From a virus (Duplodnaviria; Caudoviricetes), in IMG/VR virus record IMGVR_UViG_3300027754_000037: 64,000 nucleotides of DNA. One strand, written 5' to 3'. The notes below the pieces were generated by a model. That model saw only the letters and a list, made by a program, of their open reading frames with translations. It ran no database searches and was not told the origin of the DNA. The position numbers and the translations under genes were made by a program. The stretch's first letter is position 1, and each line of letters opens with the position of its first letter. Shown here piece by piece: positions 1-7,987 of the stretch.

Positions 1-2
1 AA

Positions 3-659
3 GATTCCTACAAGGAATTCTCCAACGCTGCCCAACACTTGTTCAACCAGCTTGACGAAAGTGCTACAAACGAACTGAATATCTTCTCCGACCTGTACAA
101 GGCCCTACACGAGGTTCACCGCATCGCTGCCGAAACCGGCGACGAGGCAACCCGCATCGAAGTCGCTGACTTCATGCGTGAGTGCTCATCCATCCTGAAC
201 GGCAACAGCGAAACCGACATGGAACTAGCCGAGGCAATCGCTGATTACCTCGCTGACATGCTCGAAGCTTCCGAAGAGCACGAAGAAGGATGGGGACACG
301 GAGTTGAGGTTTCCGCCACAGGCGAACACCCCATGACCAAGTGGAACGCAAAACAAAACGCAGTCGCCAGCAACAACACAGGTGGCTGGAAGGACGCTGC
401 TCCAGCCAGCGATGGCAAGAACTACAACAAGGGACACGCCGATGAAATGGGGTACAGCGCCCTGTCAAACTTGGCAAACGATGACACTTGGCCCAACATG
501 AGCAATCCTTATGTGCCCAAGGCAGTCAACGCAAAGATGAAGGAAAAGAATGTTGTTGACGACAGCGAGGGTCTTGGCGACGACCGCTTCAGCAACACTT
601 GGCCCGGTCTGAATAACCCAATGTCACTCAAGCCAGTTATGCCCAAACCTGTTGTTTAA
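3..659 (+). CDS. Partial (5'-truncated) acidic head-module protein upstream of the prohead protease
   Basis: Frame open from the window edge to TAA at 659; acidic; two TWP-x-x-x-NP repeats; adjacent to gp21. Confidence 0.6.
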   Translation, partial: DSYKEFSNAAQHLFNQLDESATNELNIFSDLYKALHEVHRIAAETGDEATRIEVADFMRECSSILNGNSETDMELAEAIADYLADMLEASEEHEEGWGHGVEVSATGEHPMTKWNAKQNAVASNNTGGWKDAAPASDGKNYNKGHADEMGYSALSNLANDDTWPNMSNPYVPKAVNAKMKEKNVVDDSEGLGDDRFSNTWPGLNNPMSLKPVMPKPVV

Positions 660-677
660 CAAAATAAAGGAGTAAAA

Positions 678-1337
678 ATGGACAATCAGGTACTGTTTGT
701 TGACTGCTGCGGAGGCCTCTGCATGAGCCTCAACGAGTCGGTTTCCGATAGGGGACTGACTCGCTTCCGAGGGAAATTCCAAGAAGCCGAAGCCATCAAC
801 AAAAACAAGAGAATCTATCCCTACGCTGTTCTAGACGAGAATTTCAAGAAACTCACGCCCATCATCGAAGCCCGTGGCCTCATCGGTGAGCTCGACCACC
901 CTACAGACAGCATTATCCACTTCGAGAAGGCATCCCACATCATCACTAAGCTGTGGTGGGATGGAAACAGCCTGATGGGAGAAGGAGAAATCCTCAATAC
1001 CCCACATGGAAAAATCCTCAAGAGCCTCCTCAATGACGGAGTACGCATCGGTATCAGCAGCCGTGGAGTAGGAAACGGAAGAAGCGATGAGAACGGCATC
1101 CTCGTCATCGGTGAAAGCTACAAGCTCATCACCTTCGACGCTGTAGCCGATCCCAGCACCCACTCCGCTTTCCAAGAGAAAGTAGCAGGAGCCAAAAAGG
1201 AAAGCTACAATCCTACACCCTCAGCAGCAGCATCAACAAACACGACTGCTCGCAAAACCGTCAACAAGGATGCCCTCCTAGCTTGCTTGGGTGGTATCAT
1301 CGAAAGCAAGACCAAGAAAATCACAAGCAGACTGTGA
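678..1337 (+). CDS. gp21: Prohead core protease (T4 gp21-like)
   Basis: NKNKRIYP, GELDHP, IGISSRGVG and FDAVADPS motifs; SD AAGGAG; precedes scaffold and capsid genes. Confidence 0.95.
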   Translation: MDNQVLFVDCCGGLCMSLNESVSDRGLTRFRGKFQEAEAINKNKRIYPYAVLDENFKKLTPIIEARGLIGELDHPTDSIIHFEKASHIITKLWWDGNSLMGEGEILNTPHGKILKSLLNDGVRIGISSRGVGNGRSDENGILVIGESYKLITFDAVADPSTHSAFQEKVAGAKKESYNPTPSAAASTNTTARKTVNKDALLACLGGIIESKTKKITSRL

Positions 1338-1357
1338 AATTAATCTAATCCCCACCT

Positions 1358-1400
1358 TTAAAAAGAAACCGTGACCAAAAATCACGGTTTCTTTTTTTAA
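1358..1400. terminator. Bidirectional intrinsic terminator
   Basis: AAAAAGAAACCGTGA / TCACGGTTTCTTTTT stem between convergent genes. Confidence 0.85.
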
Positions 1401-1403
1401 CAC

Positions 1404-2306
1404 CTAAGGAAACTTACGACCCTCCACCAGCTTTTCCATCAAAAAACGAGCCCTCGCTCCACATATCTCATGCTCCCATTCCGATCCCTCATTGCAACGC
1501 AAATTCCTTAATTTCTTGTTTAATTCTGGATACCAAGAATCAAACCAACCCTTAACCCATGTCAAAAGATCACGACTACCATACAACTTCAAAACCACAC
1601 CAACACAACCCTGACCATCCACCAGTCCAGCTATGAAAGCCAAAGATTTGTCCTCATCAAGAATCGATACATCACCATAATTCAAACGCAAATCCTCAAC
1701 CCAACTCTCAACTCCATGCAAAACCAACATCAACCTGCCACTACTCACCCTCTGAAGCAATCCAGTATGACATATAAAATCTTGAAAAGATCTTAATACG
1801 CCCTCTTGACCCACAGGAACCCTCAGGAAAAATGAACCTCGACCATCAATCCTGTAATGATGACCACACAAATAACCAGCCCAATAACTGTTCACCAAAC
1901 CCGCAACCCGAAAGAAATCCTTGTCAAAAAAATACCTCCTGCCACGACCACGACAAGCAATACTCATCACCTTCGACCTGTTTCCCCGAAGTCCTAACAC
2001 GGCAGCACGAGACTTAACAGAACCGTATGTCTTGTTTTTTAATCGAGATAATATCTCCGAACGACCCACACGACCATAACATTCTCGCAATATATAATCC
2101 TCATCCTTTGTCCACAATCCAACACAATCCTTGCAGCACTCACCACGACGGACTCTCTGTCTAAACTTGTCCAGACTTATTTTTCCAACTACACCACATG
2201 TGCAACGATAATCCACAGGTGTGCTAAAACCACTATATTCCCCGAGCAATTCGCAAGCATACGATGCAAACTCAGCCTTCACAGAATCTTGAGATAATTT
2301 TTTCAC
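1404..2306 (-). CDS. Free-standing LAGLIDADG homing-endonuclease-like protein (degenerate motifs)
   Basis: FDKDFF...SYWAGYLCG and LAFIAGLVDGQGCV motifs; N-terminal Cys cluster and WTKDED helix; inverted insertion between gp21 and gp22. Confidence 0.7.
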   Translation of the reverse strand: MKKLSQDSVKAEFASYACELLGEYSGFSTPVDYRCTCGVVGKISLDKFRQRVRRGECCKDCVGLWTKDEDYILRECYGRVGRSEILSRLKNKTYGSVKSRAAVLGLRGNRSKVMSIACRGRGRRYFFDKDFFRVAGLVNSYWAGYLCGHHYRIDGRGSFFLRVPVGQEGVLRSFQDFICHTGLLQRVSSGRLMLVLHGVESWVEDLRLNYGDVSILDEDKSLAFIAGLVDGQGCVGVVLKLYGSRDLLTWVKGWFDSWYPELNKKLRNLRCNEGSEWEHEICGARARFLMEKLVEGRKFP

Positions 2307-2428
2307 TTTAAGTCCAAAAAAATAGATATTGATGCATACTTATATTATGTGTCGCCACCAAAGAACCTGCGAAATTAAGTTGCTTTTTTGAGCGGAATAG
2401 TTTTTTGGTTAAAAAATTCATTGTTCAG

Positions 2429-2436
2429 CATATATA
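2429..2436 (+). promoter_or_regulatory. Putative late promoter box (CATATATA)
   Basis: TATAAATA-like box upstream of SD GAGG and the scaffold ATG at 2458. Confidence 0.5.
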
Positions 2437-2457
2437 AAACAAAGCGAGGATAGGCTA

Positions 2458-3357
2458 ATGGAAAAGATTGTAAATGCATTAAAGAAGCTTCTTCCCGAGA
2501 ATGAGGTCAACGAAGTTGCCGAGTCGGTCAACAGTTTGCTCGAGCAAGCCAAGCAAAATCTCGAAACCGAATACAACCAGAAACTCGAAGAGGCTTATGC
2601 CGAACTGACCAACGAGCTTGCAGATGCAGAGAAGACTGCCGAGCAAGGCTATGAAGAAGCATACGCCATCATCGGTGACCTCCGCACCCGCCTCGAAGTC
2701 CAAGGCGAAGAGTACAAGTCCGCTCTAGAAGAGGGATACGAGGAAGCCTATCAGATGCTTAAGGGCGAGCGTGAAAAGAACAACAACTTGGAAGTCGATA
2801 TGTACGAAGAGTACGATCACAAGCTGGCCGAGATGAAGGAATACATCGTTGACAAGGTTGATCAATTCCTGCAAATCAAGGGCTCTGAAATCTACGAGCA
2901 AGCCCGTCAAGATATCCTTAAAGACCCCCGCATGGCAGAGCATAGAGTTGCTCTCGACCGCATCATCGACATCACATCAAACTACCTGTCCGACGACGAC
3001 TTTGCAGGTGTCAACAGCGCCAAGCTGCAAGAAACCTCAAAGCAAGTCGAGGAACTCAGGGGCCAACTGCGTATTCTCGAAGCACGCAATATTCGCATCA
3101 ACACAGAGAATACAAAGCTCAACGAAGCCGTCCGTCAGGCTCAGGAACTCATTACTGAAAGCCGTAAGGTCGTCTCTAAAGAGAGGAAGTACGCTGTTAT
3201 CAGCGAACAGAAAGAAAGATTACAGAAAGCAGAGAAAGTAACGGGGAGAGGTACAACCGCTAATGACAATGTAGTCATCAGCGAGTACGCAGCTTCGGCT
3301 GCAAATACCGACCATGACCAATTGTTGGTCCTGTCGGGTCTGAAGAAACAACAGTAA
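2458..3357 (+). CDS. gp22: Prohead scaffolding protein (gp22-like)
   Basis: Acidic coiled-coil protein between protease and MCP; I/L-x-E sites near the C-terminus. Confidence 0.85.
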   Translation: MEKIVNALKKLLPENEVNEVAESVNSLLEQAKQNLETEYNQKLEEAYAELTNELADAEKTAEQGYEEAYAIIGDLRTRLEVQGEEYKSALEEGYEEAYQMLKGEREKNNNLEVDMYEEYDHKLAEMKEYIVDKVDQFLQIKGSEIYEQARQDILKDPRMAEHRVALDRIIDITSNYLSDDDFAGVNSAKLQETSKQVEELRGQLRILEARNIRINTENTKLNEAVRQAQELITESRKVVSKERKYAVISEQKERLQKAEKVTGRGTTANDNVVISEYAASAANTDHDQLLVLSGLKKQQ

Positions 3358-3387
3358 TTCCCTTAACCTAAAGAATAGGAAAAACAG

Positions 3388-4824
3388 ATGAACGCAAATT
3401 CAAGATTTTTGAACGAAGCTAGGGAGTTAGAAACTCGCTGGAAGAAGACCGGACTCCTCGAAGGTATCCAAGACCGCCACATTCGCTCTGCTACCGCAGT
3501 TCTACTCGAAAACCAAAGGCTGATGAACGAAGTCAGCACCGACACAGGTGATGTTGCTCAATTCAAACGCATCAGCATTCCCCTTGTTCGTCGTATTTAC
3601 CCCCAGTTGATCGCTAACAAAGTCGTCAGCGTTCAACCCCTGCTCGGACCAACCGGCTTGGTGTACTATCTCCGCTTCCGCTACTCCACTAACAAGGGTG
3701 CTACCCGTGGTGCTGATAACAACGGCGGTTTCCCCGGTGACGATGCAAACTCATTGATGCAGAAGGCTGATGGTACTGCAAATTTGGATATCTTCTACTC
3801 CAGCCAATTCGTTCAAAACGAAAGCACCAATACTGATGCTGGCTTGGGAGTTGTGTCCACCTATGCTCCTCTTGAACACACACCAGTCCTCGCCGGAACT
3901 ATGACCGGAACTGTCTATGACGGCGCTACCGCTGTCCAGACATTCACCGTTTCCGCTGCTAACTCTTTCACCTTCACCACCATTGGCACTCCCGACCCTT
4001 CAGTATCTAGCGGTAGCCTGAACACCACCACCGGCCAACTGGTACTCAACTGGAGCGGCGCTCCCGGTCCTAACCGTGTTGTAGTCTCCTACGAGTACAA
4101 TATGGAGTGCAATCAAGACCTCCCCGAAATCAATCTCGTCATTGAGTCGGAAGAGATCGCTGCCAAAACCCGCAAGCTGAAAGCCGTATGGAGCTACGAG
4201 GCCCAACAGGACCTCCGCAGCCAACACAACCTCGACGCAGAGGCCGAATTGACTGCTGTTCTCGCTCAAGAAATCAACCTCGAAATCGACCGTGAAGTTC
4301 TGACCGACCTCCGTAACAACGCCGGTACTGTCAGCGCATGGGACTTCAACACCGCACTCGGTGAGACCATCAAGGAAAAGTACGAGAGCCTCTATGTTAA
4401 GGTTGTCGAGATTTCCAATGTCATCCACAGGAAGACCCTGCGTGGTGGCGCTAACTGGATCGTGACCAGCCCCGAAGTCGCTTCGATCTTCGAGACTGCA
4501 ACCGCCGGTTTCGCTCCCGCTCCTTCCGAGACATTCACCAGCAGCTTGGGCATCCAATATGTCGGTACTGTCAACAACCGTTGGAGGCTCTACAAGGACC
4601 CCCTGTTCCCAAGCAACCAATTGCTCATGGGATACAAGGGCGACTCCTACATGGACAGCGGATATTTCTACTGCCCCTATGTGCCTCTCACCCAGACCCC
4701 CGTTGTGCTTGACCCAGAGAGCTTTTGCCCACGCAAGGGAATTCTCACAAGATATGGAAAAAAGTTATTACGGGAAGGTGCCAAGTTCTATGCCCGCATG
4801 AGTATCGCAAATTTTGTGATTTGA
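3388..4824 (+). CDS. gp23: Major capsid protein (T4 gp23-like)
   Basis: VSVQPLLGPTGLVYYLRFRY, AKTRKLKAVWSYEAQQDLRSQHNLDAEAEL, EINLEIDRE, YCPYVPL and RKGILTRYG motifs. Confidence 0.98.
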   Translation: MNANSRFLNEARELETRWKKTGLLEGIQDRHIRSATAVLLENQRLMNEVSTDTGDVAQFKRISIPLVRRIYPQLIANKVVSVQPLLGPTGLVYYLRFRYSTNKGATRGADNNGGFPGDDANSLMQKADGTANLDIFYSSQFVQNESTNTDAGLGVVSTYAPLEHTPVLAGTMTGTVYDGATAVQTFTVSAANSFTFTTIGTPDPSVSSGSLNTTTGQLVLNWSGAPGPNRVVVSYEYNMECNQDLPEINLVIESEEIAAKTRKLKAVWSYEAQQDLRSQHNLDAEAELTAVLAQEINLEIDREVLTDLRNNAGTVSAWDFNTALGETIKEKYESLYVKVVEISNVIHRKTLRGGANWIVTSPEVASIFETATAGFAPAPSETFTSSLGIQYVGTVNNRWRLYKDPLFPSNQLLMGYKGDSYMDSGYFYCPYVPLTQTPVVLDPESFCPRKGILTRYGKKLLREGAKFYARMSIANFVI

Positions 4825-4854
4825 CGGAAGTAGCATAAAACAAGGAAAAAACAA

Positions 4855-4892
4855 ACAAAAACCTCCTGCGAAAGTAGGAGGTTTTTGTTTTT
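4855..4892 (+). terminator. Intrinsic terminator after MCP
   Basis: ACAAAAACCTCCTGC-GAAA-GTAGGAGGTTTTTGT followed by T tract. Confidence 0.9.
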
Positions 4893-4911
4893 TATTTTTT
4901 TGTCCCTCTAG

Positions 4912-4940
4912 TTGTTTTTTGACTAGATATGTGCTATAAT
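4912..4940 (+). promoter_or_regulatory. sigma70-like promoter with extended -10
   Basis: TTGTTT-N17-TATAAT with TG-n upstream of -10. Confidence 0.5.
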
Positions 4941-4968
4941 GAAGTTATCCAACATAAAGGAGGCTTCG

Positions 4969-5763
4969 ATGTCCACGAATAAGTACACACGCAAGCATTA
5001 CTACGAAACCAAAAAAGCTGCTGCTCCCGTTCATGCGGAGTCCTCATATGAATTACGAGCCGTAGTTCTGATCGATGATAACGACGACATTGTATTCTTT
5101 GAGGACCATCAAAGTTTCATAGCAAGTAGCGGTCAAAAAAGACTGTTTGATTTTTTGGTCACTTTGAGAAATGGCGATAAAAAAATAATCGAGATCAAAC
5201 CAAAAAAAAGACTCGGTCAATTTACGGAACAAATCAGAGACAATCGTGAATATGCTGCCTCCAAGGGCTGGCTGTTTGAGCTTTGGACTGAAGAAGAACT
5301 TGGATTTAGAGATAGCAAACAAATCACAAGCTGGGCTGATGAATTCATCAAACAGAGAACTGGAATAGATTATGGTGAAGTCCGTAGGCAAAAAACAAAT
5401 TTAAAAGCCAAGAGGCATTATCGTTCAAAAATAGCCAACGACACGGTGACGGTCTTCTGTGCATTCTGTAATGAGGAGCATCATCCCTTGAGGCTCACGC
5501 ATGGCCGTAATATCGCCAGAAATGGCCATTACATCTGCGAACGAGAGGGTGGCCACATAGCTGGGAGCAAGCCTAAAACCAGCCGTATAAAGGAAAATCC
5601 CTATGCTTCTGAGGGAAAGAAGAAGTGTGCTGGTGAGTGTGGTCAGATATTGGAGTTTGAGTGTTTTTCACCTGACAACAGCAAGCGTGATGGTTATTGC
5701 TCATCCTGTAAAGTTTGCAGGAGCGCCAAGGGCAAAAAGAGATATCACGAGAATAAACGGTAG
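4969..5763 (+). CDS. TnsA-like PD-(D/E)xK endonuclease with C-terminal Zn-finger motifs
   Basis: ESSYE...FDFLV...IIEIKP; C-terminal CxxxC/CxxC motifs; SD AAGGAGG before ATG 4969. Confidence 0.75.
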   Translation: MSTNKYTRKHYYETKKAAAPVHAESSYELRAVVLIDDNDDIVFFEDHQSFIASSGQKRLFDFLVTLRNGDKKIIEIKPKKRLGQFTEQIRDNREYAASKGWLFELWTEEELGFRDSKQITSWADEFIKQRTGIDYGEVRRQKTNLKAKRHYRSKIANDTVTVFCAFCNEEHHPLRLTHGRNIARNGHYICEREGGHIAGSKPKTSRIKENPYASEGKKKCAGECGQILEFECFSPDNSKRDGYCSSCKVCRSAKGKKRYHENKR

Positions 5764-5789
5764 ATAATAAAGTCCGAGCATGACTAATG

Positions 5790-5823
5790 AAAAAAACCGG
5801 GGTTTTTTAGGCCCCGGTTTTTT
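5790..5823. terminator. Bidirectional intrinsic terminator
   Basis: AAAAACCGGGG...CCCCGGTTTTT between convergent genes. Confidence 0.85.
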
Positions 5824-5880
5824 ATAAATGGCTATATTTTTTCCATTTTAGATTTTTAAACTGGCTGGGTTTATTGTTTT

Positions 5881-6771
5881 TTATGACTGTTGAACTATCT
5901 GCTGCTGTGACTGCATCTGTGGCATCTGTTGTTTGTTAGCGCCTGTTGCTTGAGGCTGCGACTGCATCTGTGGCACCCCAGAAACCTGTTGTTGGTTCAT
6001 TCCCGCTCCTTGAGGTGGTGTCCAAGTGACACCTTGAAGTCTTGGGAAGTGGTCAGCACCTAGGAAAAGCAAGCCGCCATTTTTTTTAGCAAATGGCACA
6101 ATCTGATCCTCTCTATTTTTTTCTGCTGCGTCTCCAAGTACGCTGAGTGTATTTCCCTTTTCTTCCCACATTTTATTTTCTGCTTGCAGAAGCCATTGTT
6201 TGAATTCAGCAGCTTTATCTCCTTTGAATTCCTGCTGCTCGAAATCTGGGAATACTTCTCGCACAACATCAAATATTTGTTTTATTTCTGCATCGCTTAG
6301 TTTTTTATTTACACCTTTATTTGCGAAAGTTCCAGCGCCGTTTGCTAGTGCGCTTCTGAGAGCATCGCCTATTGTATTTGAATTTTGGAAGTCGATCTTT
6401 GGTGAGTTCGTATCCCAATTAGCTTTAACGCTGGAGAAGACTGGTACACCGGCATGAAATCCGGGCATAGTGACATCGTCATCGTAGGAGCCGTTGTTTT
6501 TGGGGTTTTGGACACCCAGAACTTTTTCTAAATACGATTTTTCGGGACCGTTACCAAATTGTCCCTCTTCGCCTATGCCCTCATACCGATATCCATACTT
6601 CTCGCAGATATTTTTTGCATATTCTTTTGCGATGTTATCGGATGGTGGTGCAATTTTTGTGGTGCCGGGTTTATCTCCATGTGCTGATGGAATGATAATC
6701 GCATTGCCGACATAGGCGAAACCGTTTCCGGCTTGTTCGATCAAATATAGCCATTCTTTGAAATTCAGCAT
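5881..6771 (-). CDS. Putative head-packaged protein, capsid-targeting-like leader; possible TIKI/TraB/EreA-type fold
   Basis: Starts MLNFKEWLYLIE; SAHG, YEG, NRE and LFLGADHF motifs; Gln-rich tail. Confidence 0.55.
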   Translation of the reverse strand: MLNFKEWLYLIEQAGNGFAYVGNAIIIPSAHGDKPGTTKIAPPSDNIAKEYAKNICEKYGYRYEGIGEEGQFGNGPEKSYLEKVLGVQNPKNNGSYDDDVTMPGFHAGVPVFSSVKANWDTNSPKIDFQNSNTIGDALRSALANGAGTFANKGVNKKLSDAEIKQIFDVVREVFPDFEQQEFKGDKAAEFKQWLLQAENKMWEEKGNTLSVLGDAAEKNREDQIVPFAKKNGGLLFLGADHFPRLQGVTWTPPQGAGMNQQQVSGVPQMQSQPQATGANKQQMPQMQSQQQIVQQS

Positions 6772-6775
6772 AAAT

Positions 6776-6783
6776 TATCTATG
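6776..6783 (-). promoter_or_regulatory. Putative late promoter box CATAGATA, 4 nt before ATG
   Basis: CATAGATA-ATTT-ATG. Confidence 0.6.
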
Positions 6784-6789
6784 CTGAAT

Positions 6790-7443
6790 TTATTTTTTTT
6801 TTCTGATTTCAGAGATGAGATTTTTGAGCAGGTTGGAGGCTTCGTTTATAAGTTGGCTTTTGCGCACATCGATATTGTTTTGGCTGTAGGGTTTTTTGTA
6901 GCCGAAAACAGCGCCTTGGATGCAATTATCGGGAACGAAGATGCCTGAGTAGCGGCATTGGTTAACGATGGGCATGATAGCTTCTTTGGGGCTGATATTG
7001 TCTTGTGTTTTGTAATCAGCCATAGCTAAGGGCAATTTACGGTTATTGTAGTCATTAGCTCCGTCATCGCCGTGTATGAAAAACGCTCCTACTTTGCCTT
7101 CGTAGTGATTTTTGAGCAGTTCCTTGTATTTTCCTGACTGTTCTAATTTGGTGGTTTTATTGGGGTCTTTGATATCTTTTCCCATGAGTTCTTTGGCATC
7201 TTCACGGGTAAGTGTGAGGTTGATGCAGACGAGGCGGTCAAATAGTGCTTTGACTTGGCTGGATGGTGCGGACCAATGTACTGGGGTAAATACGGCAAAG
7301 CCGTGTGCTTTTTCAAGTCTTTCGTAGACATTTTCTTGGTGCATGAGGTCATCTGTGCCATCATTTTTGTCATAGCAACTGCAAGGGTAGTGGCAATGGA
7401 AGCCGTTAGCAGAAGAACTACACAAAAGTTGCATTGTCGGCAA
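6790..7443 (-). CDS. Flavodoxin-like / NADPH-dependent FMN reductase family, N-terminally truncated
   Basis: CHYPCSCY, VFTPVHWSAPSSQVKALFDRLVC and AFFIHGDDG; in-frame TGA at 7476-7474; first Rossmann strand absent. Confidence 0.65.
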   Translation of the reverse strand: MPTMQLLCSSSANGFHCHYPCSCYDKNDGTDDLMHQENVYERLEKAHGFAVFTPVHWSAPSSQVKALFDRLVCINLTLTREDAKELMGKDIKDPNKTTKLEQSGKYKELLKNHYEGKVGAFFIHGDDGANDYNNRKLPLAMADYKTQDNISPKEAIMPIVNQCRYSGIFVPDNCIQGAVFGYKKPYSQNNIDVRKSQLINEASNLLKNLISEIRKKK

Positions 7444-7454
7444 ACAGGCTTCAC

Positions 7455-7664
7455 ATGACAGATGTAGAAAATGTCAAGAACAAAAAGGCTATAGAAAGAA
7501 TTTTGAAGAGAACGGATAGTGGAAAAGCATTTCCGACTGACTTTAAGACTTTAGAAGATTTAGAAAAAAAAGATAGAGATATTGAAATGAAATTAGCGCA
7601 AGCCAAGAGAAATCATCAGGCAGCTTTGCAGAGGAGGCGTGGTGGTTGGGAGGTGGTTCAATGA
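7455..7664 (+). CDS. Small charged hypothetical protein
   Basis: ATG at 7455; K/E-rich helical sequence; no clear promoter space. Confidence 0.4.
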   Translation: MTDVENVKNKKAIERILKRTDSGKAFPTDFKTLEDLEKKDRDIEMKLAQAKRNHQAALQRRRGGWEVVQ

Positions 7665-7717
7665 ATTTCAGGGAATACGCTATACAGGGTGTTGTTTCGG
7701 TGTTAAGTTAGTTCTGG

Positions 7718-7987
7718 GTGCAAATTTCATATAGTTATAAATTAATGAATAAAGCTATGAAATACAAGCATGTGTTATATCCTGTGACCAGCCAAGGTAA
7801 GTTGAGGCAGCTTCTCAGATTTTATCAGTCTGATTTAGCATTTGGTAAAACTTCTAGAGACCCTAAAGAGGTAGCTGAGGTTTTGTTGTGGTTTGATAAT
7901 GAAAGTGCCAAATTCAAAAATTCAACTAAAAGGGTGTCGAGTCTTATTGCTGCTCTCTGGTCGCAGTATTGTCGGAGCAATGGTTAA
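7718..7987 (+). CDS. Hypothetical protein
   Basis: ORF of up to 89 aa; true start uncertain. Confidence 0.4.
   Translation: MQISYSYKLMNKAMKYKHVLYPVTSQGKLRQLLRFYQSDLAFGKTSRDPKEVAEVLLWFDNESAKFKNSTKRVSSLIAALWSQYCRSNG

Noticed and set aside
4000-4620. 206-aa minus-strand ORF in the capsid gene
   Set aside because: Antisense shadow of gp23; no SD or motifs
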